Of a DNA stretch of 64,000 nt, positions 48,180-59,791 are shown piece by piece (positions within the stretch are counted from its first letter, which is position 1; the number at the start of each line of letters is the position of its first letter). The stretch spans positions 434,001-498,000 of the forward strand of contig NW_025767081.1 in the NCBI RefSeq assembly GCF_003918875.1, written 5' to 3'. The DNA comes from Haliotis rubra (lineage: Eukaryota). The notes beneath the pieces are model-generated. The model was given only the letters and a program-made list of their open reading frames with translations, ran no database searches and was not told where the DNA came from. Made by a program: the position numbers and the translations under genes.

Positions 48180-49075
48180 TTATCATCATCCTTTATTTAA
48201 GTATATATGGCCACGAGGCCAACAGTACAACATGTGTAAAACAGTAAGGTAAAGACATGCATATGCACCGTACTGAGAATGTAGATCTTATTACAATTGA
48301 TACGATTATATGTTAAGACATTTTTGTTTCGATCGACTGACTGAGTTTGGTTTTACGCCGCTTTTAGCAATATTCCAACAACATCACGGCGGGGGGACAC
48401 CAGAAATGGGTTTCACACATTGTACCCATGTGGGGATTCGACCCCGGGTCTTCCGCGTGACGAGCCAACGCTTTAACCATTAGGATACCCCACCGTCCCT
48501 GTTTTGATCGAAGTACAAACACTTTTTAAAGAAAGATACAGTCTTAATAGTCTATTTTTATCGCTTGTTCTCATCAACGCAATAAACATTTGGACATGAG
48601 GGTATTTATGACAGTATTCAGGTAAATATTTAGCACAATACTCATTGTAAAGAGGACATACTAATTCAACTTCTAGGTCAGTCACACAGGAACTACAAAA
48701 CGCAGTTTCATAGTTTTTTGATTATCTATACGAATTAACATTAAAATCATGTACATTACAACGAAGTTTTGTCAAACATATTCGTAAATCTTTTGAAGTA
48801 ATAGTTACAAGATATTTTTCAAGAAAAATGTCAGTCTTTATGGTTGAATAGAACGTCAAGGATTCGGAAAAAGCTATATATTGATGCCACTCTTTATAAA
48901 TATCTTTGCAACGCTGTTTAAAATTCTCCAGAAAACATTTCTCGTTACCAACATCTTCTACTATCCATACATAACCATAACCAAAACCGTATCTCAAGAA
49001 CATTCTCACTTTTGATACCCAGTTCTCATCCCCCATTATCATCTAGTCTTTTTAACATTTCTTTGTATATCTGTA
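48180..49075 (-). mobile_element. LINE 3' remnant (RTE-X-like ORF2 C-terminus with Zn-finger region), interrupted by a SINE1 at ~48335-48499
   Basis: NWVSKVR...YGFGYVW...FKQRCKD...EKYL...LTKLRC...LVCPLY; 3' end GGCCTCGTGGCC...AATAAAGGATGATGAT; frameshifted. Confidence 0.75.
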
Positions 49076-49104
49076 TGGCGGTTGTCACCCCCAAATTAGC
49101 CAAC

Positions 49105-49946
49105 TACTAGCCACATAAAGAAACTGTGCACACAGAAAATTCCTTCAGAATTGGATTACAACACAGAAAAGACGAAATGTTGTGGACACTTTATAAGCTG
49201 AAGTATCGGGCCACAACAACATGTCAAAAAGAACATGAACATTATCCGTAACGATGACGTCAGAAGTTCAAAATTGTGCCGGGGGTCACACGTCAAAGTC
49301 AATAACGGGGATGACCATCATGCGCGTGAAGCACAGCAGTGCATGGATGACGCATGGAGGCTACCAAATGAGCACTGAAGGCCTGGGGAACGGTTTGGGA
49401 CGTGGTCACTGCCGTCTGGAACCAGTGTCTGATATGAGTCACCCGAATCCATCTGTCCTGTCTTAGCGTCGTTAGTCGGGGACGCCCAGAACGTGGGTTG
49501 TCGGCAAATTATTACTGTTTCCATAACATCTGACCAATGCAGATATCGTGTTACGATGACATTGGAAATGTGCTGCCACCTGTTGTTGGCTCATGCCTGC
49601 TCGAACAATTCCAATGGCTTCATGACGTTGAGCAGATGTTAATCTTGGCATGATGTGCATGTGACTTCTCATGTGAATTTGTGAACATTTGGATGACCAA
49701 AGATCAAGCTTTCGACAGTGACAGCAATTTCTGAGTTCCACATGTGTGCAGCTGCACAGGCTGCACGTGCAGTAACACATTGCAAGTCCATAGGCCACCA
49801 TCAATGACGTCACGTCGCCTGGCACCTGCATGAGCATTTGATTGTCTCCAATACTTGCTATGTTCGCACCTTTATTTATGTATAAAGACACTGTCTGCCT
49901 ATCTTTATATTTTCTATGTGCACAGTTTCTCTATGTGGCCAGTATA
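49105..49946 (-). mobile_element. Internally deleted Tc1/mariner transposon
   Basis: ~36-bp TIRs (TACT(A/G)GCCACATA.AGAAACTGTGCACA.AGAAAAT) with TA flanks; MPRLTSAQRHEAIGIVRAGMSQQQVAAHFQCHRNTISAL from ATG 49651 is a paired-like HTH, then frameshifted GRPR.TT..QDR. Confidence 0.85.
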
Positions 49947-50397
49947 TTATGACTCAACAGCTGTGGCAGCCAAGCGGGTCTAGTAAAGTCATATTTGGCG
50001 GTCGAACAATTTTTAACCAGAACTGGTTCTTGAATATATGCTTGTCATCTGACACCTGGCACCGGAAGTAATCTGGGCCGCAAAGGGAACCATGCAGGTT
50101 GGTACCGGAAGTAGTGCGAGACAGGCGCTATTGTTCACTGAAGGAGAAACAGTGAGCGAGCTTAGTTTTACGCCGCTTTTAGCAATAATCCAGCAATATC
50201 CCGCCCAGAAATGGGTTTCACAAATGGGTTTCACAAAGAGACCCATGTGTGGGGGTGTGGGGTGTGGGGTGCGTGTGATCGAACACGGGTCTTCAGCGTG
50301 ACAAGCTAACGCTTTAATCACAAGGCTACCACAAGGCTACCACAAGGCTACCCCATCACCCTGAAGGAGAAACATGGCTGTCACAGTTGATGCATAA

Positions 50398-50630
50398 GTG
50401 AGTGAGTGAGTGAGTTTAGTTTTACGCCGCACTCAAGCAATATTCCAGCGATATGGCGGCGGTCTGTAAATAATCGAGTCTGGACCAGACAATCCAGTGA
50501 TCAACAGCATGAGCATCGATCTGCGCAATTGGGAACCGATGACATGTGTCAACCAAGTCAGCGAAACTGACCACCCGATCCCGTTAGTCGCCTCTTACGA
50601 CAAGATAGTCGCCTTTTTATGGCAGATGCA
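50398..50630 (-). mobile_element. Family 2 retroposon
   Basis: Matches the 55243-55500 copy; flanked by GATGCATAAGTG repeats. Confidence 0.85.
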
Positions 50631-50802
50631 TAAGTGGGTTAAGGATGAACCTTCACAGCTTTTCTACCTTTATTCTTTGGACATACTCGTCTTCATATTT
50701 ATGACAGCGTTTTGCCGTTTATAGTCAGTACCACAGGGGCGTCTCACGCTTAGAAACAGCGTTAGAAAGACGTAGGTATATAGACCCTACCCTAGTACTA
50801 TA

Positions 50803-51140
50803 CAACCGCCTCCGTGGTGTAGTGGTTAGAGCGTCCGCCCGGAGAGCGGAAGGTCGCGGTTCGATCCCCGACCGCGTCATACCAAAAGACGTTAAAATAT
50901 GGTACTTGTTGGTCCCTGCATGGCGCTCGCCATTAATGGGTACAACAAGGACTGGTCGGCTCGGAGTCAGTATAATGTGTCTGAGTGGGGTATTCATGCT
51001 TCACTGCGGCATGGTATCTCAGTGGGCTAGCACTATAAAACCAGCTTCAGTCTGGGCTAGTACAAGCAGCCGCACACGCATGCACGTCGTCATATGAGCG
51101 AAATATTCTCCAGCACGACGATAAACCCAATTTCACCTCA
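50803..51140 (+). mobile_element. SINE family 3 (V-SINE-like), full length
   Basis: 12-bp TSD CCTAGTACTATA (50791-50802 and 51141-51152). Confidence 0.9.
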
Positions 51141-51479
51141 CCTAGTACTATATAAAAAGAAAAGGGATGTAACGACGGAACCACCCCCGCCTCAATCTAA
51201 GTTAGATTTCACCACGTAAACTATTTTTAAGGCCCCGTCGAGGCCTACGGATCAAAAGCGAGATGATTTCCCTACAAAATGAGTTATAAATAGTCATAAT
51301 CGGATCATTATTTCAAAAGTTATACGCCACGACTCACCGAAAACAGCTACCTCCACAATTCCAAGCCAACATCATGGATCACCCAAGACAGCAAAAACTC
51401 ACCTATTAAATTCGTTTATTAATTCCAGCCACGTTGACAGCACTTATGTAGGGCTAGATTCGATCGGCAGCGGCATTCC

Positions 51480-51985
51480 ACGGGTCTAAAAAACTTACTG
51501 CAACATCTACAAATCATTTCCTCGACAGTAAGCAGATATTTCCTCCAAAACCATCGGCAGTCATACTCACTTGTCGGCCATAGATGGCCTTGACATTCAA
51601 GTGATCTGAGCAGATCCGCTGAAACGAAATTGGGCCATCCGATTGGTGAAAAATATAATATACTGTAAGATTTTGACTGTTGCCAATGGGCGCGAAATAT
51701 GAACTTGCAATAATCCTTTATTTTGGATGATGTACGGAACAGTAAATTGTTACGAATAGTTTTAGAGGTTGTAAAAATGCATTCGATATTGATTCATTTT
51801 TGGGAAATTATATTTATAAATATTTAACCTCTAAAATTATTCTTATAAATTTACTGCTCAGGTCACTTAAATGTCAAGGCCATCTATGGCCAACAAGTGA
51901 GTATTATTGCCGATGGTTTTGTAGGAAATGTCTGCTTACTGTCGAGAAAATGATTTGTAGATGTTGCAATAAGTTTTTAAGCGTG
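51480..51985. mobile_element. MITE with ~130-bp imperfect inverted arms
   Basis: ...AAACCATCGGCAGTCATACTCACTTGTCGGCCATAGATGGCCTTGAC... is mirrored at 51854-51985. Confidence 0.75.
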
Positions 51986-52019
51986 ACACGCCCCTGTGGT
52001 CAGTACTGTGATCACATCG

Positions 52020-52760
52020 ACAATCAGACATTCGAAACACCACCAGCCTAACAATCGTCAACTTTATGATCTCCACTACATCTTGTGCACACAATTGAAG
52101 CGTGTCCAAAACTGTTGACATTGTTGCCAATCTCACGGCTGGGGGAACAAATACGTACGATTGAACGTACATTTGGACACTTTCATGAAGATGGGCTGTT
52201 CCAAATGTAAGCAAAACAGTGGTAATTTATTATTCCTAACCACGAAGTAAACGCGTTGCTTGACTTTTTTACCCTAAGTTGAACCATTTCCTCAATGTTC
52301 ACAAAGCCAACACTGTAAATGACTTCCTTGTTTGGCTTAGACCCCTCGGGACACTGCCCGTGACACGAATGTCCCAAAGTGAGCTTAAGGCCAAGGGTCC
52401 TTTCAAATGATCAGCTGACTTGCAGTGAATCACTAGGCCCCCTTTACTAGTTTTCACGAACTCAACTTCACCTAATTTAATTAGACAGTCGGATTCCCCT
52501 GGTCCGTGCCAGTTCTGAGTCGGCCGTTGCTTACCAAACGACGCGGAAGAAGGTCCCACCAAAGAGTGGACTCAAATTTTGGAGTTGACTACAGGCTTGA
52601 CTGACATTTGTTCTAAGGTCCGTCATGGTGTTAACGTTTTTCTTAATGTTCCCGACATAATTTTCGGCAAATTTTGATTCGTTAGATGCTCCTTCGAAGG
52701 TGCTTAGAATATCATTCCTGGCGCGTTTAAGCCCGAAATTATCTCCATATCAACGACCAA
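52020..52760 (-). mobile_element. Decayed LINE ORF1 (gag-like, Nimb/I-clade-like)
   Basis: Frameshifted peptides GEVEFVKTSKGGLVIHCKS, KEVIYSV, LTFGTAHLHESV...YVFVPPAVR and a following Cys-rich knuckle remnant. Confidence 0.55.
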
Positions 52761-52979
52761 CAAAGTAATCGCCCAAAAAACCCCATAACAACCCCAGACA
52801 CGCCACGTTGGGTTAGTAGTCCGTGCAACACAACACAAGCAACACATTGCAAAATAATACAATATTTTAAACTGACCGTATTCTTAGCTTACCTTGATAA
52901 TATTATTGGTATGATCAGTTTTCAAAAGACAGAACAAAGATGAAACCGTTGCTACTGTAGCCCGATATCTACCAATATA

Positions 52980-53542
52980 CAGGTTGGGGAAACCTACCGA
53001 TCGGCCTATAAAAGGCCGAACGGGATATTATAGGCCGTTCTGCCTATTTTGCTGTAGGCCGATCAGGCTATATTTGACCATTATTATTAACAGTTCACAA
53101 ACTATCAATTTCCGCACGAAATGGTTTTATTAGATCATAGAGATGAATAGTTAATGAACCTGCTCAGCTTGAAAAAAATAAGTTTTTGGACAAAATGAAA
53201 ATTAATATAATGTTCAGGAAAAGATGTTTCATTTAAGAACACAATTTTGCACCGATTTTCCTTTTGAGAACTAAAACTGAATATCTATGTCATTAATTTT
53301 CAGTGAAAATTGTCAAAAATATTATAGTCTTATATTTAATTAGCAATTTCAAAACTCCTTTATTATGGGATGAAAATGCTCAAAAAGGGTTTGAATGAAA
53401 ACCTTAGGACATCAAAACTTGAATGATGTGAATATCCTCATGCGGAAATGCACCACTTCAAATTTATTTGATGAATATCATAATTATAGGCCAATCGACC
53501 TATAGCAAAATTATAGGCCGATCGGTAGGTTTCCCCAACCTG
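52980..53542. mobile_element. MITE with perfect 31-bp TIRs
   Basis: CAGGTTGGGGAAACCTACCGATCGGCCTATA at both ends; flanking direct repeat ATATA. Confidence 0.9.
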
Positions 53543-54150
53543 ATATAGGAATAACAACGGTCAGTATGTCCGACCTCGCTGACAACGTAAGTCGATCCTC
53601 GATAGAAACTGGATAGGTCAATTGACATCCTTGCCTCGAGAAGACGATGTATTCATTTCAGCCAGATAATACTACTCTACTGAAATTGTCACACAAACAG
53701 AACAAAAACAAGCCCCACGATTCACATCGTCACGAAATATCAAACCATTTCAAATCGTCATGTTACGCTCATCACAATTACAAATACAAAAGGAAATTCC
53801 ATTGATGTCAGTATGACCGTTTTTCAATCATTCAGCAAATGACTGAATGGGAAAACAAGAAATGACAACGACGAAGTCTCGGCACAAAACAAACAATAAC
53901 CGTAACAACGGGAATGTACACACGGCGCCAGCAAAGGTCAACCACGGAGCCGATGTTCGAAGCAAAAACTCTCATACTTTGACATAGTTTTATCATTATT
54001 TTTTACGCCGCACTCAGCAATATTCCAGCCACATGGCGGCACTCTGACATAGACTAACTACAACACAATCGTAGTGCTAACGCTATTTTCTACAATGACA
54101 CCCTGGACTGCACTTGCAATACGAGTCGTCATCCAAATTAATTAAAATTT

Positions 54151-54351
54151 AACTTCTTTGAGTGGCATTTTAGAAGTTGGGAAGTACAATATAGAACAAA
54201 CTTTATGGATAACAACTTCTTTTTATTCGTGCGTGCGACGTTTCGATACAGATTCTTGACATTATGATTGACAACGGTACAAGAATCTGTATCGAAACGT
54301 CGCACTCACGAATAAAAAGAAGTTGTTATCCATAAAGTTTGTTCTATATTG
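54151..54351 (-). mobile_element. Penelope-like inverted pseudo-LTR, second copy, with a hammerhead-like motif at 54268-54305
   Basis: ~73-bp near-perfect hairpin arms (54185-54353); 12-bp TSD TAATTAAAATTT; TTGACAA-C-GGTAC(AAGAATCT)GTATC-GAAA-CGTC; shares the AATGCCACTCAAAGAA end with the 2303-2558 copy. Confidence 0.7.
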
Positions 54352-55242
54352 TAATTAAAATTTGCAATCACAGTTCAACAATTCAAGATTCTATCAACAA
54401 TGAGCCCAACATACCAAAATGGCGTGTCCGCTTCCCAAAGCTGGTACATTTTGTAAAGGGCTGTCACGTGACCTGCTCTCCAGCAACTGCACGGACTGCA
54501 TGTGCCAGAGCCCCGGATGTTCTTGGCAGACCAAGGGTAAGGTGAGCTGTTCAAACCAACATCAGGAACTTGCAAGAAAGGTATGGTGAAACGTTGGCGC
54601 CAAAATCATGCTTAACAGCTAACAATATGAATGACAAATAGAGCCTGCGACCGAAATTTGGCGAGTTTTACGATGTACCCAATTTTCAGTAATTTTACCA
54701 TTCCTGCAATGATATTACAGAACTGGGAATTTCAAAACACGAATGAAGCGTAATTGAATGGAAAGACACGTGTTTCAACGATCAACAATCTGCATGCAAA
54801 TGAAGGGGTTAAAAGCTTCTCACAGTCAGTAGCGTGTGTGTCCACCTTGAACAGTGATGAGCGAGTGAGTATAGTTTTACGCCGCTATTAGCAATATTCT
54901 TGCAATATCACGGCGGGGACACCACCAATGGGCACACACTGTACCCATGTGGGGAATCGAACCGAGGTCCTCAGCGTGACGAGCGGACGCTTTAACAATT
55001 AGGCTACTCCACCTCCCCTGGACAATGATAAAGGTCTGGCCCATTCGCCTCATTGAGGCAATTTAACGTCCGCCACAGTTTGTCGCGGAGTAACGTTTTG
55101 ATATAAGCCAGTAATTTGGTCGAATATAGTGTTTAATTGTACAGCTTCTTTCTCCCTCTCACAGTGCAAACTAAAGTCCTTCAGCATCCATTTAAAGAAA
55201 AACGTAACGCTTGAAAACGTGTCTCTGTGGTTAATTCCAGTA

Positions 55243-55787
55243 TGAGTGAGTGAGTTTAGTTTTACGCCGCACTCAGCAATATTCCAGCTATATGGAGGCG
55301 GTCTGTAAATAATCGAGTCTGGACCAGACAATCCAGTGATCAACAGCATGAGCATCGATCTGCGCAATTGGGAACCGATGACATGTGTCAACCAAGTCAG
55401 CGAGCCTGACCACCCGATCCCGTTAGTCGCCTCTTACGACAAGCATAGTCGCCTTTTACGACAAGCATGGGTTACTGAAGACCAATTCTAACCCGGGACC
55501 TCGGTAATTCCAGTATGAACCAGGAAAGCCACGACAAGCATCTTATATTTGGGACGGTGTTGCTGGTTATTGTTTAACGCCGAACAAAGGAATATGTCAG
55601 CTACATGGCGGCGTTCTGAAAATAATGTGGACCAGGCAATCCAGTGATCAACAGCATGAGCATCGATTTCCGATGTGATACGATGATGTCTCTCAACCAA
55701 GTCAGCAAGTCACCCGATCCCGTTAGTCGCCTCTTACGACAAGCATGGGTTACTGAAGATCAAGTTCTAACCCGGATCTTCACGGGT
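55243..55787 (-). mobile_element. Two adjacent family 2 retroposons (~55243-55500 and ~55560-55787)
   Basis: Both carry the structured 5' head and the GGAATATT...GGCGT(A/T)AAAC tail. Confidence 0.85.
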
Positions 55788-57100
55788 TTGATTCTGTATT
55801 ATATATTATGTTTCTGAGTGGATAATATTGAAGTTATATCCCAGTGGGTTAGCCATATAAAACCGGCATACGGTTATACCAGGCTAGCATCACGAAACGT
55901 TCGTGGGCCTACGAACGTCTTTCGCCCATTTCAACAAATTGGCTTTAACAAAGTTAAGAATTCTTAGGGCTACGATCTTTTCGAGAATAAGGACCCAGGA
56001 CCAACAGCCACAAACATATATTTGTGGTGGCGCGAGGTCCTGTGCATAGAACTCAGATCACAAATCAGCTCAAGTAAAGCAACGTTGAGCTTGACTCCTG
56101 AGAGTTTTAGGACTTCAGTCCTGCCCCCACAACGAAATACATGTTATGCATGTGGTCTCACCTTAGGCACGTGAGTTCATCCACCAGAAAATGGGTACCC
56201 TGTGGGATATGTCAAATGACTATAACCTTCTAGCACCTAACAGGCAGCTTGGGCTATCCGGGGTAATAATGTTGTGGTGTTTGTGCGCGCTTTGAGCATA
56301 CCCCTTTGTAGTGTGGAGTATTGCGCGGTAAGTACCGCTCAGTATAATTTAAAAACCGAACGCGTTATATAAGTAAATTGACGATGAACCGGAATTTCCT
56401 ATCACCCCAACCTCTCTGGACGCTGGTTTAGTTCTACTCAATGTCCTCCTTAGTTCTTAAAAATGATTAAAATCGTTTAAGGATACTGTTTTAGTAACAT
56501 TATGCCGCGCATTGCAGGTGAATGAAATGCACAATATGATACAATTGCCTCAGAGGTTTCCATTGTGGCGAAACCCACGAGCACATACTTGGTGCTTAAA
56601 GACCGTGAGACATAATCAGAAAGAACTAGACAACCGACGTTATGATGACAGGTTCAGGGTCGCCTAAATGACGTGCTGACAGACATTGATTGCGGATCCT
56701 GAGTCAGCGAAGGGATGTAACCATGCACATTGAATTCCTGGCCCTACATCCCCTCTCAGTTTACAGTGATACACAGCAATCTTAAACTTCACTTCACTCA
56801 GATTTTGCCACACAAGATATTTACATGTATCATATACAAGACGCCATCGTCAGAGCTCAGCAGTCCAGGGCCTAGATTTTCGAAGCTCTCTTTGCGCTAC
56901 ATTGGATGTACTATACTACTGTTGTTCGCTAAATTGTAAGCATTTACTGCACTTCGGGCAAGCTGCATATATATACATTTATGCATATGTATATGAAATT
57001 GAACCAACTGCATATTGTCTAGATACTTTAATATTGCCAAGATCGGAGTGAAACAAAAACAAACAACTGATTTATATACGTCATCAGGTTTGGAAATGTC

Positions 57101-58611
57101 CTATTCGGGTAAAGCTGCCCTCCAGCCTGCATGCAGTTGTTTGCTGAGTTGAGCCACCAGAGTGCTGTAGGCGGCATCATAAGCCAGGTTCTTGTTTTCC
57201 TGAGGATCGCCATAATGGTCGTACAGTTCCACACCAAACACTTGGGTCCAGTCCGGTTTGTACACAGGTTCTAGGTTGAATTTGACCCACTCTGTGTATC
57301 TGTAATGATCGGTGGTCATGCTGTAGCCCATTTGATCTCCGTTGTATTCATTCCTCGGATACTGGGAGAACACAGCCTTCTTCCAGTTGGGACTTGCTGG
57401 GTTTGTTATCAGAGGTATCAAACTAGAGCCTTCAGTGCAGACTAGAACGTCGGTGGAGTTTTCTGGACAAAGATTAATAGGAGGTAGACCTGCAGCTTCT
57501 ACCAGAGTAGGAAACAGATCTACAAACTCGGTGAGTTCTTCAGTCACAATGCCCTTGTCAGTGAGACCCGGCACATGCACCATCATCGGGGCGTGGGTGG
57601 CGATTTCAAAGTCCGTGTGTTTGCACCACTCACCGTGTTCCCCAGTTGCCAACCGTGATCTCCCCAGAAGGAGATGATTGTGTTGTTGGCGAGTCCTTGA
57701 TTCTCCAGCTCCTTGATAATTCGTCCGACTTCGTAGTCCGTGTAGCTGAGAGCGCTGTAGTAGGCTCTCCTCAAGTTGAGGATGACATCGTGTGGGACTG
57801 TGGTGTTGATATCTCCCGTAAGATTTAATTTCGCAATGTCATCGTATAATCTGAGCTCTGTATAATTAGTCCATGCGATGTCCGGCATCTTATCAGGAGC
57901 GTATGGGTTGGCTGGAAGTCTGATGGAGGACTCGGGGTACATGTCAAAGAACATCTGTGGTGCCACAAAGGGAAGATGAGGTTTGTGGAATCCTTGAGCG
58001 ATGAAGAATGGACGTTCTCCAGATCTAGCTTGAGGGGCTGCTTCTCTGATCATTTTAATCGAATGGTTATTATTCTGGGTGTCTTGAAGGGAGTCGTTCT
58101 TAAGTGCATCCATTGGCACGTTCATCCAGGAATTATGCCCCTTGTATACAAAAAAAGTTGAGTTAAACCCTACTTCAAAATACGGGTCTGTCCAGGAGAT
58201 CGGGTCGTTGTGGTTAGAAGCATGTCCAGGGTGGAAAATCTTTCCAGCTCCTATCGTTCTGTAGCCGTGTTCCTTGAAATACTGAGGGATGGTGGTGAAG
58301 TTACCTCCTACTTCTCTCCAGTAAGCATGTAGATCATATACATGGGTAGTGTCCGGTCTTCGTCCTGTGAGGAGAGATGATCTGCTCGGGGAACACACAG
58401 CCTGCTGAACATGGGCTCTCTTTAACAGAAGACTCTTCCGAGCGAGGGCGTCAAGGTTTGGTGAATGTATCGGAGGATGTACAGGACTGGGGAAGTCTTT
58501 TCCTTCAAAAACAGAGAGTTCCGGCCTCATGTCATCAGCCACTAAAAACAACACATTCATACGAGCCTGGGCGGCTGTCACCGCCAGCAGCAGAAGAGTC
58601 ACCCTCAACAT
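57101..58611 (-). CDS. IDS: Iduronate 2-sulfatase-like sulfatase, copy D (intronless; 1-bp deletion at C-run 57640-57643; ~503 aa if corrected)
   Basis: Signal peptide, ADDMR, CSPSR, GKIFH, HKPH, GDHG, WCKH; C-terminus and 3' flank (~56570-56970) are homologous to copy A. Confidence 0.88.
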
Positions 58612-59791
58612 TATTGCGTCTAAATCACACTGTGTTCAAGCTGACGAGAATGGATTTATATATCTTCTAGCCTGTGAAGACAACAGACGATTCTTATCAC
58701 TTGGAATGTTTGAAATTTCATGATTGAAAAAACATAAAATATACTGAAATGCAAAAGTTATTGCAATATGCAAACAACAAATGAAAAAGAACAAACAGAA
58801 TCAGTGATAAAGATTTAATGAATTGATATTGCATTGAAAAGTCAAATGTTGTAAAGTATTGTAACCATCGACAAGCTCACCTCGCAAATGCATATGATCC
58901 ACAACATAAGAGGGGATTCATAAGGAAGTTCACACGGTCAGTAGCAAGTGTGTCAACCTTGTGAATTGGTGCAGGGCTGACACCTTCGCCTCTTTGAGGT
59001 AATTTAACGTCGAGGCAAGGATATATCATTCCATATGCCAGGAAGAATTTGACAGAGTTTCTGCAGTGTTGTTGGAGTACTCGGACATCGCAAACGTCGC
59101 TCCATTTCATCCCAGAACGTCCGTTCACTCTGTCAAGGGCGGTGTAGCCAAGGGGTTATTCACCGGGTTCATTCCCCCATATGGGTACAATGTGTGAAGC
59201 CCAGTCGCAAGAGTTGCTCGTAAAAGCATTATTCCAGTGTTGCCAGGATGACATCGACGTCGATGTATCTGTGTCGTCAGAACTGTCCGACGTGGGGGGC
59301 ACTGAGTGGTATTAATCTGGTATTAATGTAAGACTCCTCCCAGTCTAGGTTGGGTGAATGAGAGGATGAAAACTTGATAAACCTTCACATTCGTCTTAGC
59401 ATGAACGACAGTAGATTCCAGAAACCAAAACATCAGCTTCCCAGACACTGAGGTCGGCAACAAAAAATGCAGAAAAAAAAATCTAATTCTCGACAAACAA
59501 CATTTTACACATTTTTCAGAACACGCACCTATCTCCTTATCGTAACATAATTGCATATATCATTTCTTATCAAACAAGCCTGACTATGTAGGGCTTGGTT
59601 CTAACTTGTGAACACGTCCATTTTACTGCTGATCTGTTTACGATTTTCACCAAATATTTAACATGTCCTACCCTTCAAACAACAAATGAAACTTCAAGCT
59701 TCAAAGACATGCTACTATTTAGCTAAAACACGAGTATGGAAAGTTTGTTTTGCCAATTTGTATCGGTCAGTGTTTTCTCCATGTCCTGAGA

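Noticed and set aside
58860-59130. Possible LINE ORF2 3' remnant upstream of sulfatase D
   Set aside because: Only faint, frameshifted similarity by eye; too degraded to call.
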